64,000 bases of DNA, from contig CAZLVL010000007.1 of the NCBI GenBank assembly GCA_964563155.1, forward strand, positions 6,389 to 70,388, written 5' to 3'. Below the pieces are notes generated by a model. That model was not told the origin of the DNA and made no database searches. It saw only the letters and a program-made list of their open reading frames with translations. Each line of letters opens with the position of its first letter. Position 1 is the stretch's first letter. This DNA is from an uncultured Clostridiaceae bacterium. Its GTDB lineage: Bacteria; Bacillota; Clostridia; DUPQ01. Below, piece after piece: positions 19,147-29,672 of this stretch. The translations under genes were made by a program, and so were the position numbers.

Positions 19147-21984
19147 ATGAAAAAATACACAGCTTGGCTTTTAGTTATAATTTTACTCTTAGGATTCTTA
19201 CCATCTTTGGCAAAGGCAGATAGTGAAGAGGATGTCCTCTGGATGACAGGTTTTTATGATAGGGTTCTAGCCTTTAGAGAAGGCTATGCTGCCATAAGTG
19301 TTGAAGAGGGCGAATTTACCTATTATGGCTTTATCAATGTAAATGGAAGTCTGGTTGTAAAACCTCAGTATGACTATCTTTGGGATTTTTATGATGGTTT
19401 AGCCTTGGGTATAAAAGAGGGGAAGTTTGGATATGTTGATACCACAGGTCAAGAGGTTATTCCCTTTATATATGACTATTTAAATTTATTTGAAGATGGC
19501 TTAGCCTTAGGCTTAAAAGATGGTAAACATGGATATATTGATGAAAATAATAATACGATAATTGATTTTATATATGAAGATGGACTTAGTTTTTCACAAG
19601 GCTTAGCTGCTGTAAAAAAAGATGATAAGTGGGGATTTGTAAATACTGAAGGGAAGTTAGTTATTCCTCATAGTTTAGATGATACCTTTAGCTTTTACAA
19701 TGGTAGAACCATTGGTATTGTAGATGAAAAGTGGGGACACCTTGACCTTAATGGCAATTGGCTTATTGAGCCCATCTATGATGACATAGATATGCTCCAT
19801 GAAGGTCTTGTTTGGGCTAGAAAAGATGGTTTTTGGGGGCTTTTAAATGAAAATGGTCTACCTTTAAGTGAATTTGCCTTTTCATATAAGTATTTTTTCA
19901 ATGAAGGTTTATGTCCTGTGAAACTAGGGGATAAATGGGGTTATGTAAATACAAAAGGAGAATTTGCTATAGAGCCTATTTATGAAGGTGCTGACGTTTT
20001 TTCAGATGGCTTGGCTGCTGTTAGCATTAATGACAACTGGGGCTATATTGATAAAGAAGGTAGAGAGGCCTCTGTCTTTATATATGATGAAGCAAATGCT
20101 TTTTTTGATTCTGCAGCAGTGGTAAGACTGCGCCATAAATATGCCTATGTAGGAAAAGGTGGTTATACCTTTTCTAGTTTTGACTATGACTATGCTTATG
20201 ATTTTCAAGATGGATTTGGTCAGGTTTTAAAGGGTGAATATTGGGGTCTTGTAGATATTTATGGTAATGAGGTTTTAGCTCCTGAGTATGATTTTATTGG
20301 TAGGTATTTTGAAGGTCTGGCAAGTATCGAAAAGGACGGAAAAGCAGGCTTTATAGATAAGAGGGGTAATCTTGTAGTTGATTTTAAATATGATTATGCT
20401 TCTTACTTTTCTGAAGGTTTGGCCATAGTGAAATTAGAAGATAAATGGGGTATTTTAAAGAATCCCTTAAAAAGAGCAGAAGATAAGATTAAAAATGAGC
20501 TTAAAAGTTTTAATATTAAATGGTTAGAAGATGACTATTTCGATATTTGGGATTTTAATGAAGGCTTAGCTGGTGTATACAAAGAAGGGAAATGGGGCTT
20601 TATAAATCCTGAAGGAGATTTGGTAGCTCCTTTAAAATATGACGGTGTATGGAACTTTATAGAAGGGCGAGCCCTAGTTTTTTATAACAATTACGTTGGG
20701 GTAATTGATACAAGTGGTAGGGAGGTTTTACCTGTCGAATATGAGTTTGCTGGTTTGTACACCGATGAGCTTATTGAAGTTAGAAAGGATACTCGTTGGG
20801 GATTTGCAGATAAAGATGGCAATATTGTTATTCCGATTCAGTATGATAGAAGTCAAGTTTTTTCAGAGGGGCTAGCCTTTGTTCAAAAAAATAACAAGTG
20901 GGGAGCTGTGGATGGAAAGGGTAATGAAGTAATTCCTTTTATATATGACTATGCCACTTCTTTTGAAGATAATATTGCCAGTGTTGGAATAGACGGTAAA
21001 TGGGGTGTTATTGATAAACAAGGCCAGGTGCTTGTTCCTATTGAATATGATGACATTACATATATCTCTTCTGGCTATGCAGGTGTAGAGAAAGATGGTA
21101 AGTATGCCCTTATAGATATGACTGGTCAACTTCATACAGACTTTATATATGATACTTTTTCCTTTAATGCTGACGGATTGTTTGCTGTAGGAATAGATTA
21201 TAGATATGGATTTATAAATACTAAAGGAGAAGAGGTTGTACCTTTACACTATGACCTAGTGGGAGACTTTTACAAAGGCATAGGAAGTGTTCAAGAAAAT
21301 GACCTATGGGGTCTTGTAGATAAAGAAGGTAATTTTTTAACCGACATAGAATTTGATATGACCATGGGTTATGCAGAAAACTTAATTACGGTTTGCAAAC
21401 AAGGTCTTTGGGGTTATGTCAACTATGAAGGAGAGATGGTAATAGAACCCATCTATGACGATGCTTTTATGTTTATTGAAGGTTATGGCAAGGTTTCAAA
21501 GGATGGAAAAGTAGGATTTTTAGATGAAAAAGGTAATGTGCTCATAGACATCATATATGAGGATGCAGGAAACTTATCTCAAAATCTAATAAGTGTCAAA
21601 AAAGATAATAAATGGGGACTTATAGACAAAGAAGGAAACGAGATTATAGGTTTTCACTTTGATTATATTTCTGATTTTTCAGAAGGTTATAGTCTGGTTA
21701 GACTAGGGTCCTTGTGGGGTATTTTAGATATAGAAAATATATTCTCTGAAGATGATACATCTATAAATGATAAAGAAGATATAGACCCAAATGATAAAGA
21801 CAAGGAAAATGGTAAAGAAGAAGAAAAAATTGACAAAGACCCAGAAAAAGAGGAAACACCACCTGATGATAAAAAGATAAATTATTTAGTTTTCTACTTA
21901 GCTGGAGCTGGTCTATTGCTGGTAGCTCTTGTAATATTTGTAATTGTCTTTATGAAAATGAGAAAGGGAAAAGGTTCTAATTAG
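19147..21984 (+). CDS. WG (KWG)-repeat surface protein: signal peptide, ~24 tandem WG repeats, acidic low-complexity linker, C-terminal TM anchor
   Basis: AGGAG RBS precedes ATG at 19147. Signal peptide LLGFLPSLAKA. Repeated ~36-aa units such as GLAxVKKDDKWGFVNTEGKLVIPxxYDD. C-terminus DKDKENGKEEEKIDKDPEKEETPPDDKK followed by a hydrophobic anchor. Confidence 0.8.
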   Translation: MKKYTAWLLVIILLLGFLPSLAKADSEEDVLWMTGFYDRVLAFREGYAAISVEEGEFTYYGFINVNGSLVVKPQYDYLWDFYDGLALGIKEGKFGYVDTTGQEVIPFIYDYLNLFEDGLALGLKDGKHGYIDENNNTIIDFIYEDGLSFSQGLAAVKKDDKWGFVNTEGKLVIPHSLDDTFSFYNGRTIGIVDEKWGHLDLNGNWLIEPIYDDIDMLHEGLVWARKDGFWGLLNENGLPLSEFAFSYKYFFNEGLCPVKLGDKWGYVNTKGEFAIEPIYEGADVFSDGLAAVSINDNWGYIDKEGREASVFIYDEANAFFDSAAVVRLRHKYAYVGKGGYTFSSFDYDYAYDFQDGFGQVLKGEYWGLVDIYGNEVLAPEYDFIGRYFEGLASIEKDGKAGFIDKRGNLVVDFKYDYASYFSEGLAIVKLEDKWGILKNPLKRAEDKIKNELKSFNIKWLEDDYFDIWDFNEGLAGVYKEGKWGFINPEGDLVAPLKYDGVWNFIEGRALVFYNNYVGVIDTSGREVLPVEYEFAGLYTDELIEVRKDTRWGFADKDGNIVIPIQYDRSQVFSEGLAFVQKNNKWGAVDGKGNEVIPFIYDYATSFEDNIASVGIDGKWGVIDKQGQVLVPIEYDDITYISSGYAGVEKDGKYALIDMTGQLHTDFIYDTFSFNADGLFAVGIDYRYGFINTKGEEVVPLHYDLVGDFYKGIGSVQENDLWGLVDKEGNFLTDIEFDMTMGYAENLITVCKQGLWGYVNYEGEMVIEPIYDDAFMFIEGYGKVSKDGKVGFLDEKGNVLIDIIYEDAGNLSQNLISVKKDNKWGLIDKEGNEIIGFHFDYISDFSEGYSLVRLGSLWGILDIENIFSEDDTSINDKEDIDPNDKDKENGKEEEKIDKDPEKEETPPDDKKINYLVFYLAGAGLLLVALVIFVIVFMKMRKGKGSN

Positions 21985-21992
21985 ATAGCTAA

Positions 21993-22907
21993 ATGGAAAA
22001 GATACTGGAAGTAGAAAATCTAGTAAAGTCCTATAAAGATATTAAGGCTGTAGATGATATTAGCTTTTATTTAGAAAAAAATAAGGTCTTTGCTTTTTTA
22101 GGACCAAATGGAGCAGGGAAATCTACCACCATAAATATTTTATGTACTTTTTTACAAAAGGATTCAGGCAAAATTATAATCGATGGCTTGGAATTAGGTA
22201 AAAATGACCACCAAATTAGAGAAAAAATAGGGGTGGTCTTTCAAGATGGGGGGCTAGATCCTCTTTTATCTGTAAAGGATAATTTGAAGACAAGGGCTGG
22301 ATTATATGGGAATTATAAAAAGAATCTTAATAAATTGGTAGAAGACACAGCTCATATGGCTGGTGTTGACCATATTCTAAAAAGACCCTATGGAAAACTT
22401 TCTGGAGGTCAAAGAAGAAGATGTGATATTGCCAGAGCCCTTTTACACCAGCCTAAAATTCTCTTTTTAGATGAGCCTACCACTGGACTTGACCCACAAA
22501 CCAGAAAAAACACCTGGGAAACCATAGAAACTATACAAAAATCAAATGATATGACAATTTTTCTTACCACCCACTATATGGAAGAAGCTGCTTTAGCTGA
22601 CTATATTATTATCATTGATGAAGGAAAAATCGCTGCTAAAGGAAGCCCTGCCTATCTAAGAGAAACTTTTGCTAGAGATAAGTTATCTTTAATGGCCAAG
22701 AATCCAAAGGAGCTAAGCGGTCTTCTTTTTGGGGAAGGTATAGAAAACACCATTAAAGCAGATTGTGTTTTAGTAGGTATTCCCAAGACTTTAGCTGCCT
22801 TGGACATTATAAATAAGTATGAAGGATATATAAATGGCTTTGAGGTTATGGCAGGTACCATGGATGATGCCTTTTTAGAAATAACTGGAAAGGAGATTCG
22901 AGAATGA
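21993..22907 (+). CDS. ABC transporter ATP-binding protein (ABC-2 type exporter)
   Basis: Walker A GPNGAGKST. ABC signature LSGGQRRR. Walker B ILFLDEPTTGLD. Confidence 0.85.
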   Translation: MEKILEVENLVKSYKDIKAVDDISFYLEKNKVFAFLGPNGAGKSTTINILCTFLQKDSGKIIIDGLELGKNDHQIREKIGVVFQDGGLDPLLSVKDNLKTRAGLYGNYKKNLNKLVEDTAHMAGVDHILKRPYGKLSGGQRRRCDIARALLHQPKILFLDEPTTGLDPQTRKNTWETIETIQKSNDMTIFLTTHYMEEAALADYIIIIDEGKIAAKGSPAYLRETFARDKLSLMAKNPKELSGLLFGEGIENTIKADCVLVGIPKTLAALDIINKYEGYINGFEVMAGTMDDAFLEITGKEIRE

Positions 22908-23758
22908 TTGTTTTAGCTAAAAGAAATCTAAAGGTATTTTTTAAGGATAAAACTGCTGTTTTCTTCTCCCTTTTGGCTGTCTTTATTGTGGTAGGCCTTT
23001 ATGTTCTTTTTTTAAGAGATACTTGGACCATGAGCTTTTCAGCATTAGAAGGTGCATCTGTCTTAATGGATAATTGGGCCATGGCTGGCCTTGTGGCTAT
23101 TACTCCTTTTACTGCAGCCCTTGGAGCCTTTGGGATAATGATAAATGATAAAGAGAGAAAGATATATAAAGACTTTTACAGTTCTCCCATAAAAAGATAT
23201 GAAATAACCGGTGGATATATCTTAAGTTCCTTTCTTGTTTCTTTAGTTTTAAGTGGTTTTGCCTTAATTTTTACTCAAATCTATATAGTTGCCAATGGAG
23301 GAGCTTTACAAGATTTGTTAAGCATTACAAAAATCCTTGGTGTCATTATCCTTTCGGTTTTCATGAATACTTCTTTGGTCTTTTTTATAGTAACCTTTTT
23401 AGACAGTCAAAATGGATTTGCCACTGTATCTACAATTATGGGCACCCTTATCGGATTTTTAACAGGAGTATACATACCCATTGGCATGATGCCTAAAATG
23501 GTCCAAACAGTTATAAAGGTTTTTCCAGCCTCACAAAGTGCTCTTTTATTGAGAAATATTATGATGGAAAAAGCCATGGAAGTCTCTTTTGCTAATTTGC
23601 CCTTATCTGCTATAGAGGAAATTAAAGAAACCATGGGCCTAAACTTTAAATTTGCTTCCTATGAGGTGTCTTTGTTTGAGCATCTTCTTTATATAATCAT
23701 AATTGGTCTTGTCTTTTTCTTATTGGCTCTTTGGAGGGTTTCTAAAAAGAGTAAATAG
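22904..23758 (+). CDS. ABC-2 family transporter permease
   Basis: Six-TM hydrophobic protein. Its ATG overlaps the stop of the ATPase gene. Confidence 0.7.
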   Translation: MIVLAKRNLKVFFKDKTAVFFSLLAVFIVVGLYVLFLRDTWTMSFSALEGASVLMDNWAMAGLVAITPFTAALGAFGIMINDKERKIYKDFYSSPIKRYEITGGYILSSFLVSLVLSGFALIFTQIYIVANGGALQDLLSITKILGVIILSVFMNTSLVFFIVTFLDSQNGFATVSTIMGTLIGFLTGVYIPIGMMPKMVQTVIKVFPASQSALLLRNIMMEKAMEVSFANLPLSAIEEIKETMGLNFKFASYEVSLFEHLLYIIIIGLVFFLLALWRVSKKSK

Positions 23759-23852
23759 GGTAAATTCCTTCTTTTTCATTTAATTCTTGTTATTAGGTGA
23801 GTATTTTGCTATTATAAATTTTATGGATAGACACGAAGAGCAATATATAAAA

Positions 23853-25217
23853 ATGACACAAACTCCTATACCTAAACTTGTAACCACCTTGGCAATACCC
23901 ATGGTGGTTAGTATGTTAGTGTCTGCAATATATAATATGGCAGACACCTATTTTGTATCTCAATTGGGAACATCTGCCTCTGGTGCTGTTGGAGTTGTTT
24001 TTTCCATAATGGCAATTATCCAGGCTGTAGGCTTTATGTTGGGTATGGGCTCTGGAGCTCAGATATCTAGATTGTTAGGTCAAAAAGAAAATAGACAGGC
24101 TAATGTTGTGGCAATTAATGGTTTAGTTTCTGCTTTAAGTTTTGGAATATTGCTAATGATAATTGGAGTCATATACAATGAGCCAATTTTACGCCTTTTA
24201 GGCTCAACTGACACCATAATGCCCCATGCCAAGGCTTATGCTGAATACATCTTTTATGGAGCTCCCTTTATGATGGGTTCCTTTTTATTAAACAATGTTT
24301 TAAGGTCCCAAGGTAAGGCTAAGTTTGCCATGATAGGCATAACTGTTGGTGGAGTGCTAAATATTATTTTAGATCCTATCTTCATTTTTTACTTTAGATT
24401 AGGAGCAGGGGGAGCAGCCCTAGCTACAGCTATTAGTCAGATGATTTCCTTTATTGTTCTTTTGGTTCCTTTTTTAAGAAAAATAACAGAGGTTGAACTG
24501 AGTTTTAAATACTTTTCTTTTAACCCTATGGTCTTGTTTGGTTTAATGGGAAATGGCTTTCCTTCATTTATACGTCAAGCCTTGGCCTCTGGTGCAACTG
24601 TGCTATTAAATAGGCAGGCATCTCTTTATGGTGACCCTGCTATTGCAGCCATGTCTATAGTAATGAAAATTGTAATGGTTATTTTTGTTATTATGCTAGG
24701 CTTTGGTCAAGGCTACCAGGTTGTAGTAGGCTATAACTTTGGGGCTAGAATATATGGGAGGGTTAGGGAGTCCTTTGCCTTTTCCTTGAAGGTAGGTATG
24801 AGTATTATGGCTTTTTTTGCCATAATTGGATTCATCTTTTCTAAGGGAATTATAACTATCTTTATAGCAGATGATCCGTTGGTAATTGAGATAGGCTCAC
24901 TGGCCCTAAGGGCTCAGTGTATAGCTATGCTCTTTATGCCTTTTTCCACCATTACCAACATGACCTTCCAATCTTTAGGTAAGTCTTGGACAGCCACCTT
25001 CTTGTCTTCTTTGAGACAAGGACTTTTCTTTATTCCCCTAATTATTATCCTACCTAACTATTTAGGTATTAATGGTGTTCAGTTTACCCAGGCTATCTCG
25101 GATGTGTTAACCTTTGCTGTTAGTTTGCCATTTGCTGCTGTTTTCTTTTCAAGATTGAAACAAAACAAGATTACCCACCCTAAAGATAGGGTAGCAGTAG
25201 ACTTGGCTATGGATTAA
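23853..25217 (+). CDS. MATE family efflux transporter
   Basis: 12-TM protein with a MATE N-terminus (PIPKLVTTLAIPMVVSMLVSAIYNMADTYFVSQLG). ORF is open from 23787 and the start is uncertain (23787 TTG, 23823 or 23853 ATG). Confidence 0.75.
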   Translation: MTQTPIPKLVTTLAIPMVVSMLVSAIYNMADTYFVSQLGTSASGAVGVVFSIMAIIQAVGFMLGMGSGAQISRLLGQKENRQANVVAINGLVSALSFGILLMIIGVIYNEPILRLLGSTDTIMPHAKAYAEYIFYGAPFMMGSFLLNNVLRSQGKAKFAMIGITVGGVLNIILDPIFIFYFRLGAGGAALATAISQMISFIVLLVPFLRKITEVELSFKYFSFNPMVLFGLMGNGFPSFIRQALASGATVLLNRQASLYGDPAIAAMSIVMKIVMVIFVIMLGFGQGYQVVVGYNFGARIYGRVRESFAFSLKVGMSIMAFFAIIGFIFSKGIITIFIADDPLVIEIGSLALRAQCIAMLFMPFSTITNMTFQSLGKSWTATFLSSLRQGLFFIPLIIILPNYLGINGVQFTQAISDVLTFAVSLPFAAVFFSRLKQNKITHPKDRVAVDLAMD

Positions 25218-25239
25218 AATATATTCATGGTGATGAAAA

Positions 25240-26505
25240 TTGACTTTTGATAAAGACGCTAAAAAATTAATTTTACTCTGCTGGCTCTCCTACATGATAA
25301 ATTATCTTGCTAGGTATGGTCTTTCAACCTCCATGAATGAAATGGTTTCTTTTGGGATTTTTTCTATTAGTTTTGCTGGAGTGGTAGGAACCGCCTTTTT
25401 AGGAGCTTACGGCCTAGGACAATTTGTAAATGGCCTTATAGGTGACAAAATTCATCCCAAATACATGATATCTATTGGTCTTGGTGCATCAGCTATTATG
25501 AACATCCTTGTGGGTCTTTCTAATAACCCCTATGTAATACTAGTTCTATGGTGCTTAAATGGATATTTTTGTTCTATGCTTTGGGCCCCCTTGGTAAGAA
25601 GTTTTTCTGAGTTTTTAAGTAGAGAACACCAGTCAATTGCTGGCATGACCATCTCTTCTGCTATTCCTGTAGGTAATATAGTTACCTATTTAGCAGCCTC
25701 CTTAATTTTAAGATTTGCTTCTTGGCGCTTTGTATTCATAATTTTAGGTGCAATTGTTTTGGTCATGGCCTTTGTTTGGTATTTTTCCATGAATTCTCTT
25801 TCAGACTACTTTAAAGAGGTTGCTATAGTGAAGGCTAAGGAGCTAGAAGAGATAGAAGGTAAGAAAAAAGAAGATACTCAGTTTAAAAAGGTTGGACTTT
25901 TTAGGCTCATATTGACAACAGGGGTCATATTTACAATTGGTGGTATCTTTTTTAATGGAATATTAAAAGAAGGGGTTACCCTTTGGGTACCTACATATAT
26001 AAGTCAGTTTTTTGATAAGGACGCTTCAGTAGCCTCTATGGCTGCCATAATACTACCAATTTTTAACCTAGTTGGAGTTTTCTTGGCGGTTCGACTATTT
26101 AAGCATGTTTTGAAAAATGAAATGTTAACTGCTGGCATTATGTTTACCATTAGTAGTATTTCTTTAGCAGCCCTATACTTCTTTGGCCATATAAATATGT
26201 TTTTAGCCCTAGTTTTAGTTGCCTTTTCCACCGCTGCCATGCTAGGGGTAAACACCATGTTTTTAACCTTCATACCCTTAAACTTTTCTAATATCAAAAA
26301 GTCCTCATCCATTTCAGGAATTCTAAATGCTTTTTCCTACATAGCCTCTTCAATATCTTCAGTGGCCATAGGTTCCATTGTACAATCCCACGGTTGGAAT
26401 GTTACAATACTTATGTGGACTGCTTTAGCAGTGTTAGGAGCCTTGGTCTCTTATGCTGGTATTAGATACTGGACAAGGGGAAAAGACCTACTGCAAAAGA
26501 TTTAG
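25240..26505 (+). CDS. MFS transporter
   Basis: 12-TM major-facilitator topology. Probable TTG start. Confidence 0.7.
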   Translation: MTFDKDAKKLILLCWLSYMINYLARYGLSTSMNEMVSFGIFSISFAGVVGTAFLGAYGLGQFVNGLIGDKIHPKYMISIGLGASAIMNILVGLSNNPYVILVLWCLNGYFCSMLWAPLVRSFSEFLSREHQSIAGMTISSAIPVGNIVTYLAASLILRFASWRFVFIILGAIVLVMAFVWYFSMNSLSDYFKEVAIVKAKELEEIEGKKKEDTQFKKVGLFRLILTTGVIFTIGGIFFNGILKEGVTLWVPTYISQFFDKDASVASMAAIILPIFNLVGVFLAVRLFKHVLKNEMLTAGIMFTISSISLAALYFFGHINMFLALVLVAFSTAAMLGVNTMFLTFIPLNFSNIKKSSSISGILNAFSYIASSISSVAIGSIVQSHGWNVTILMWTALAVLGALVSYAGIRYWTRGKDLLQKI

Positions 26506-26551
26506 TCTTGTAATTATTCTTTTTAAAATCATGTATTAAGGGGGAATATGT

Positions 26552-28003
26552 ATGAATATAAACTTGGTTCCCAAACCTCAAAAACTTGAAGTTGACCATA
26601 AGAATTTTTTCTTAGGCAATATTTTTCTTAAAACAAAGATAGAATATGACTCTTCTTGCAAAAAAGAAAGCTATAAATTATCCATAAATGAAAATGGTGC
26701 TTTGATAAAAACCTGTGACCGAAAAGGTGAGTACTTTGCAAAACAAAGTTTAAAACAACTGGAATATATTTACAAAGACAAGATTCCTTATATGGAAATA
26801 GAGGATTGGCCTAGTTTTTCTTACAGAGGCTTTATGATTGATACAGCTAGACATTACCTTCCACTGGAGCAACTTAAAGCCATGATAGAAGGGGCCTCAT
26901 TATTTAAATTTAATAAGTTTCATTGGCACTTATGTGATGACCAAGGATGGAGAATTGAAATAGATCAATTTCCTCTTTTAGTAGAAAAGGGATCTATTAG
27001 AAGTCATTCTTCTTTTGGCAGAAAGTATGACCCAAACCCTCATGGGGGTTACTATACTAAGGATGAAATAAAGGAGATTGTAGAATTTTGCAGCAATAGG
27101 GCTATTGAAGTAATTCCAGAGATAGAGATACCTGGCCATGTAAGTGCACTTTTACACGCCTATCCCCATTTGAGTTGTAGACAGGTGGATGTGGATATAA
27201 AGAGTGGTGGAGGTATCTTTTTTGATATCTTATGTGCAGGTCGAGAAGAGACTTTTTCCTTTCTTTTTAAGGTTTTAGATGAGGTTATAGCTCTTTTTCC
27301 TTCTCCATATATCCATATAGGAGGAGATGAAGCTCCTAAAAGAAGGTGGGAGGAGTGTAGTCATTGCCAAGCAAGGCTTAAAGAAGAAAACCTGAAATCC
27401 TTTGATGAGCTTCAAGGCTACATGATGAATAGGGTATATAGCTACCTTCAAAAAAGTGGTAAAAAAGCTATTACTTGGAATGAAAGCCTTAGAGGGCAAA
27501 ATCTAGATAAACACATTATCATACAAAATTGGAGAGAAAAGAAAAATGAAGTCTTCCAATGGGCTAATAAGGAAGGCCAAGTTATTGTATCTGACTTTTT
27601 TCACTACTATGTAGATTATCCTATAGGAATGACCTCTTTAAAAAAGACCTATATGTATGACCCCATAGACCCACTTTTAAATCAAGAAAGTAGGAAAAAT
27701 ATTATTGGTCTAGAAACCCCTATTTGGACAGAACATATCAGTAACCTAGAAAAGTTATCTAAAATGGCTTTTCCCAGATTTGGGGCTGTTGCTGAAAGGG
27801 GCTGGTCTTATGGTATGGAGAAAAACTACAAGGATTTTGAAAAAAGACTAAAAAATATTTTACCAATGATAAATAAGTATGGACTTTCTTTTAATGAGAA
27901 ATCTTGGACTCCTAATATCTTTTCATCATTAGGGCAAATATTGAAGTTTTTCTACATGGGCTTTAATAAAGAGACCATTAAAAACCTTTTAGAAAAAGAA
28001 TAA
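26552..28003 (+). CDS. beta-N-acetylhexosaminidase (GH20)
   Basis: HWHLCDDQGWRIEI and catalytic HIGGDE motifs. Zincin-like N-domain. GGGGGA RBS. Confidence 0.85.
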   Translation: MNINLVPKPQKLEVDHKNFFLGNIFLKTKIEYDSSCKKESYKLSINENGALIKTCDRKGEYFAKQSLKQLEYIYKDKIPYMEIEDWPSFSYRGFMIDTARHYLPLEQLKAMIEGASLFKFNKFHWHLCDDQGWRIEIDQFPLLVEKGSIRSHSSFGRKYDPNPHGGYYTKDEIKEIVEFCSNRAIEVIPEIEIPGHVSALLHAYPHLSCRQVDVDIKSGGGIFFDILCAGREETFSFLFKVLDEVIALFPSPYIHIGGDEAPKRRWEECSHCQARLKEENLKSFDELQGYMMNRVYSYLQKSGKKAITWNESLRGQNLDKHIIIQNWREKKNEVFQWANKEGQVIVSDFFHYYVDYPIGMTSLKKTYMYDPIDPLLNQESRKNIIGLETPIWTEHISNLEKLSKMAFPRFGAVAERGWSYGMEKNYKDFEKRLKNILPMINKYGLSFNEKSWTPNIFSSLGQILKFFYMGFNKETIKNLLEKE

Positions 28004-28144
28004 GTAAAAGCTATATAGATAACTTGTATAAGAGCCATCTATTAAATATGGAGGCTTTTTGTATGCTCTCATTCAATAGACAAAAGACTGGGTATATAAT
28101 ACAATTAGAGGAGAAAAGATTGATTAAAAAATGAGAGGTAATGC

Positions 28145-29596
28145 ATGAAAAAAGCTGATATTGGTCTGATAGGTTTGGCGGTAATGGGTGAAAACCTGGT
28201 ACTGAACATGGAAAGTAAGGGCTATACTGTAGCCGTTTATAATAGGACAACCGAGAGGGTGGACAACTTTATAGCTTCTAGAGCTGCTGGTAAAAATATT
28301 ATTGGTAGTCACAGCCTAAAAGAATTAGTGGATAATTTAAAAAGCCCTAAGAAGGTTATGATGATGGTCAAGGCTGGTGCCCCAGTTGATGCTATGATAG
28401 ACCAATTAATCCCTCTTTTAGATAAGGGAGATATTATTATAGATGGTGGTAATACTAATTTTAATGACTCTATAGCTAGAACAAAAAAAGTTGAAGCAGC
28501 TGGTCTTTTATACATTGGCACAGGAGTAAGCGGTGGAGAAGAGGGAGCTTTAACTGGACCTTCTTTAATGCCAGGTGGCTCACCTGAGGCTTGGCCCTAT
28601 GTTAAAAGTATCTTCCAAGACATTGCTGCCAAGGTAGATGATGGCGTTCCTTGCTGTGATTGGGTGGGAGAAGATGGGGCAGGCCACTTTACTAAAATGG
28701 TTCACAATGGTATTGAATATGGAGACATGGAGTTAATCTGTGAGTCATATAACATCATGAAAACCCTCTTAAATATGAATACAGATGTAATGCATGAAAT
28801 TTTTAAAGACTGGAATGAAGGTGAACTGGATTCCTATCTAATAGAGATTACTAGAGATATCTTAGCTGTAAAGGATGAAGATGGAGAGCCTTTAGTAGAA
28901 AAGATTCTAGATACAGCGGGACAAAAAGGAACAGGTAAATGGACAGCCATTTCTGCTTTGGATGAAGGAATTCCTTTAACCTTAATTGCAGAAGCTGTTT
29001 TTGCCAGATGTCTATCTGCTATGAAAGATGAAAGAGTGGCAGCCAGTAAGGTTTTATCTGGACCTGAGTTAGATTTTAATGAAGATAAAGCTTCTTTTGT
29101 TGAAGACTTAAGAAAGGCCCTTTATCTTTCAAAAATAGTTTCCTATGCCCAAGGCTACTCTTTAATGAAGGCAGCAGCCCAAACCTATAATTGGCATCTC
29201 AACTATGGGGGTATTGCCCTAATGTGGAGAGGTGGCTGTATTATCCGTTCAGCCTTCTTAGGAAAAATTAAGGAAGCCTACGATAGAGACCCTGAAATAG
29301 CCAATCTGCTTTTAGATCCTTTCTTTAAGGAAAAAGCTGATGAATGTCATATGAGTTTGAGAAAAGTAGTAGCACTATGTGCTCTTAATGGAATCCCAGC
29401 ACCTGCCCTAGCAGCTGCCCTTTCCTACTATGATGGCTATAGGTCAGAAAGATTGCCAGCCAACCTTCTACAAGCTCAAAGAGACTATTTCGGTGCTCAT
29501 ACCTACGAAAGAATAGATAAGCCTAGAGGTGAATTCTTCCATACCAATTGGACTGGTAGAGGGGGAGACACTGCAGCTTCTCAATATAATGTGTAG
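28145..29596 (+). CDS. gnd: 6-phosphogluconate dehydrogenase (decarboxylating)
   Basis: IGLIGLAVMGENLVLN NADP fold with the full Gnd length and motifs. GAGAGG RBS. Confidence 0.9.
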   Translation: MKKADIGLIGLAVMGENLVLNMESKGYTVAVYNRTTERVDNFIASRAAGKNIIGSHSLKELVDNLKSPKKVMMMVKAGAPVDAMIDQLIPLLDKGDIIIDGGNTNFNDSIARTKKVEAAGLLYIGTGVSGGEEGALTGPSLMPGGSPEAWPYVKSIFQDIAAKVDDGVPCCDWVGEDGAGHFTKMVHNGIEYGDMELICESYNIMKTLLNMNTDVMHEIFKDWNEGELDSYLIEITRDILAVKDEDGEPLVEKILDTAGQKGTGKWTAISALDEGIPLTLIAEAVFARCLSAMKDERVAASKVLSGPELDFNEDKASFVEDLRKALYLSKIVSYAQGYSLMKAAAQTYNWHLNYGGIALMWRGGCIIRSAFLGKIKEAYDRDPEIANLLLDPFFKEKADECHMSLRKVVALCALNGIPAPALAAALSYYDGYRSERLPANLLQAQRDYFGAHTYERIDKPRGEFFHTNWTGRGGDTAASQYNV

Positions 29597-29672
29597 ATTA
29601 AGAGTTGGTTGTTTGGATTTAATAAATAAAGATTTAGATTAAAGATAAAATATAAGCAAGGGAGAAAAGTAA

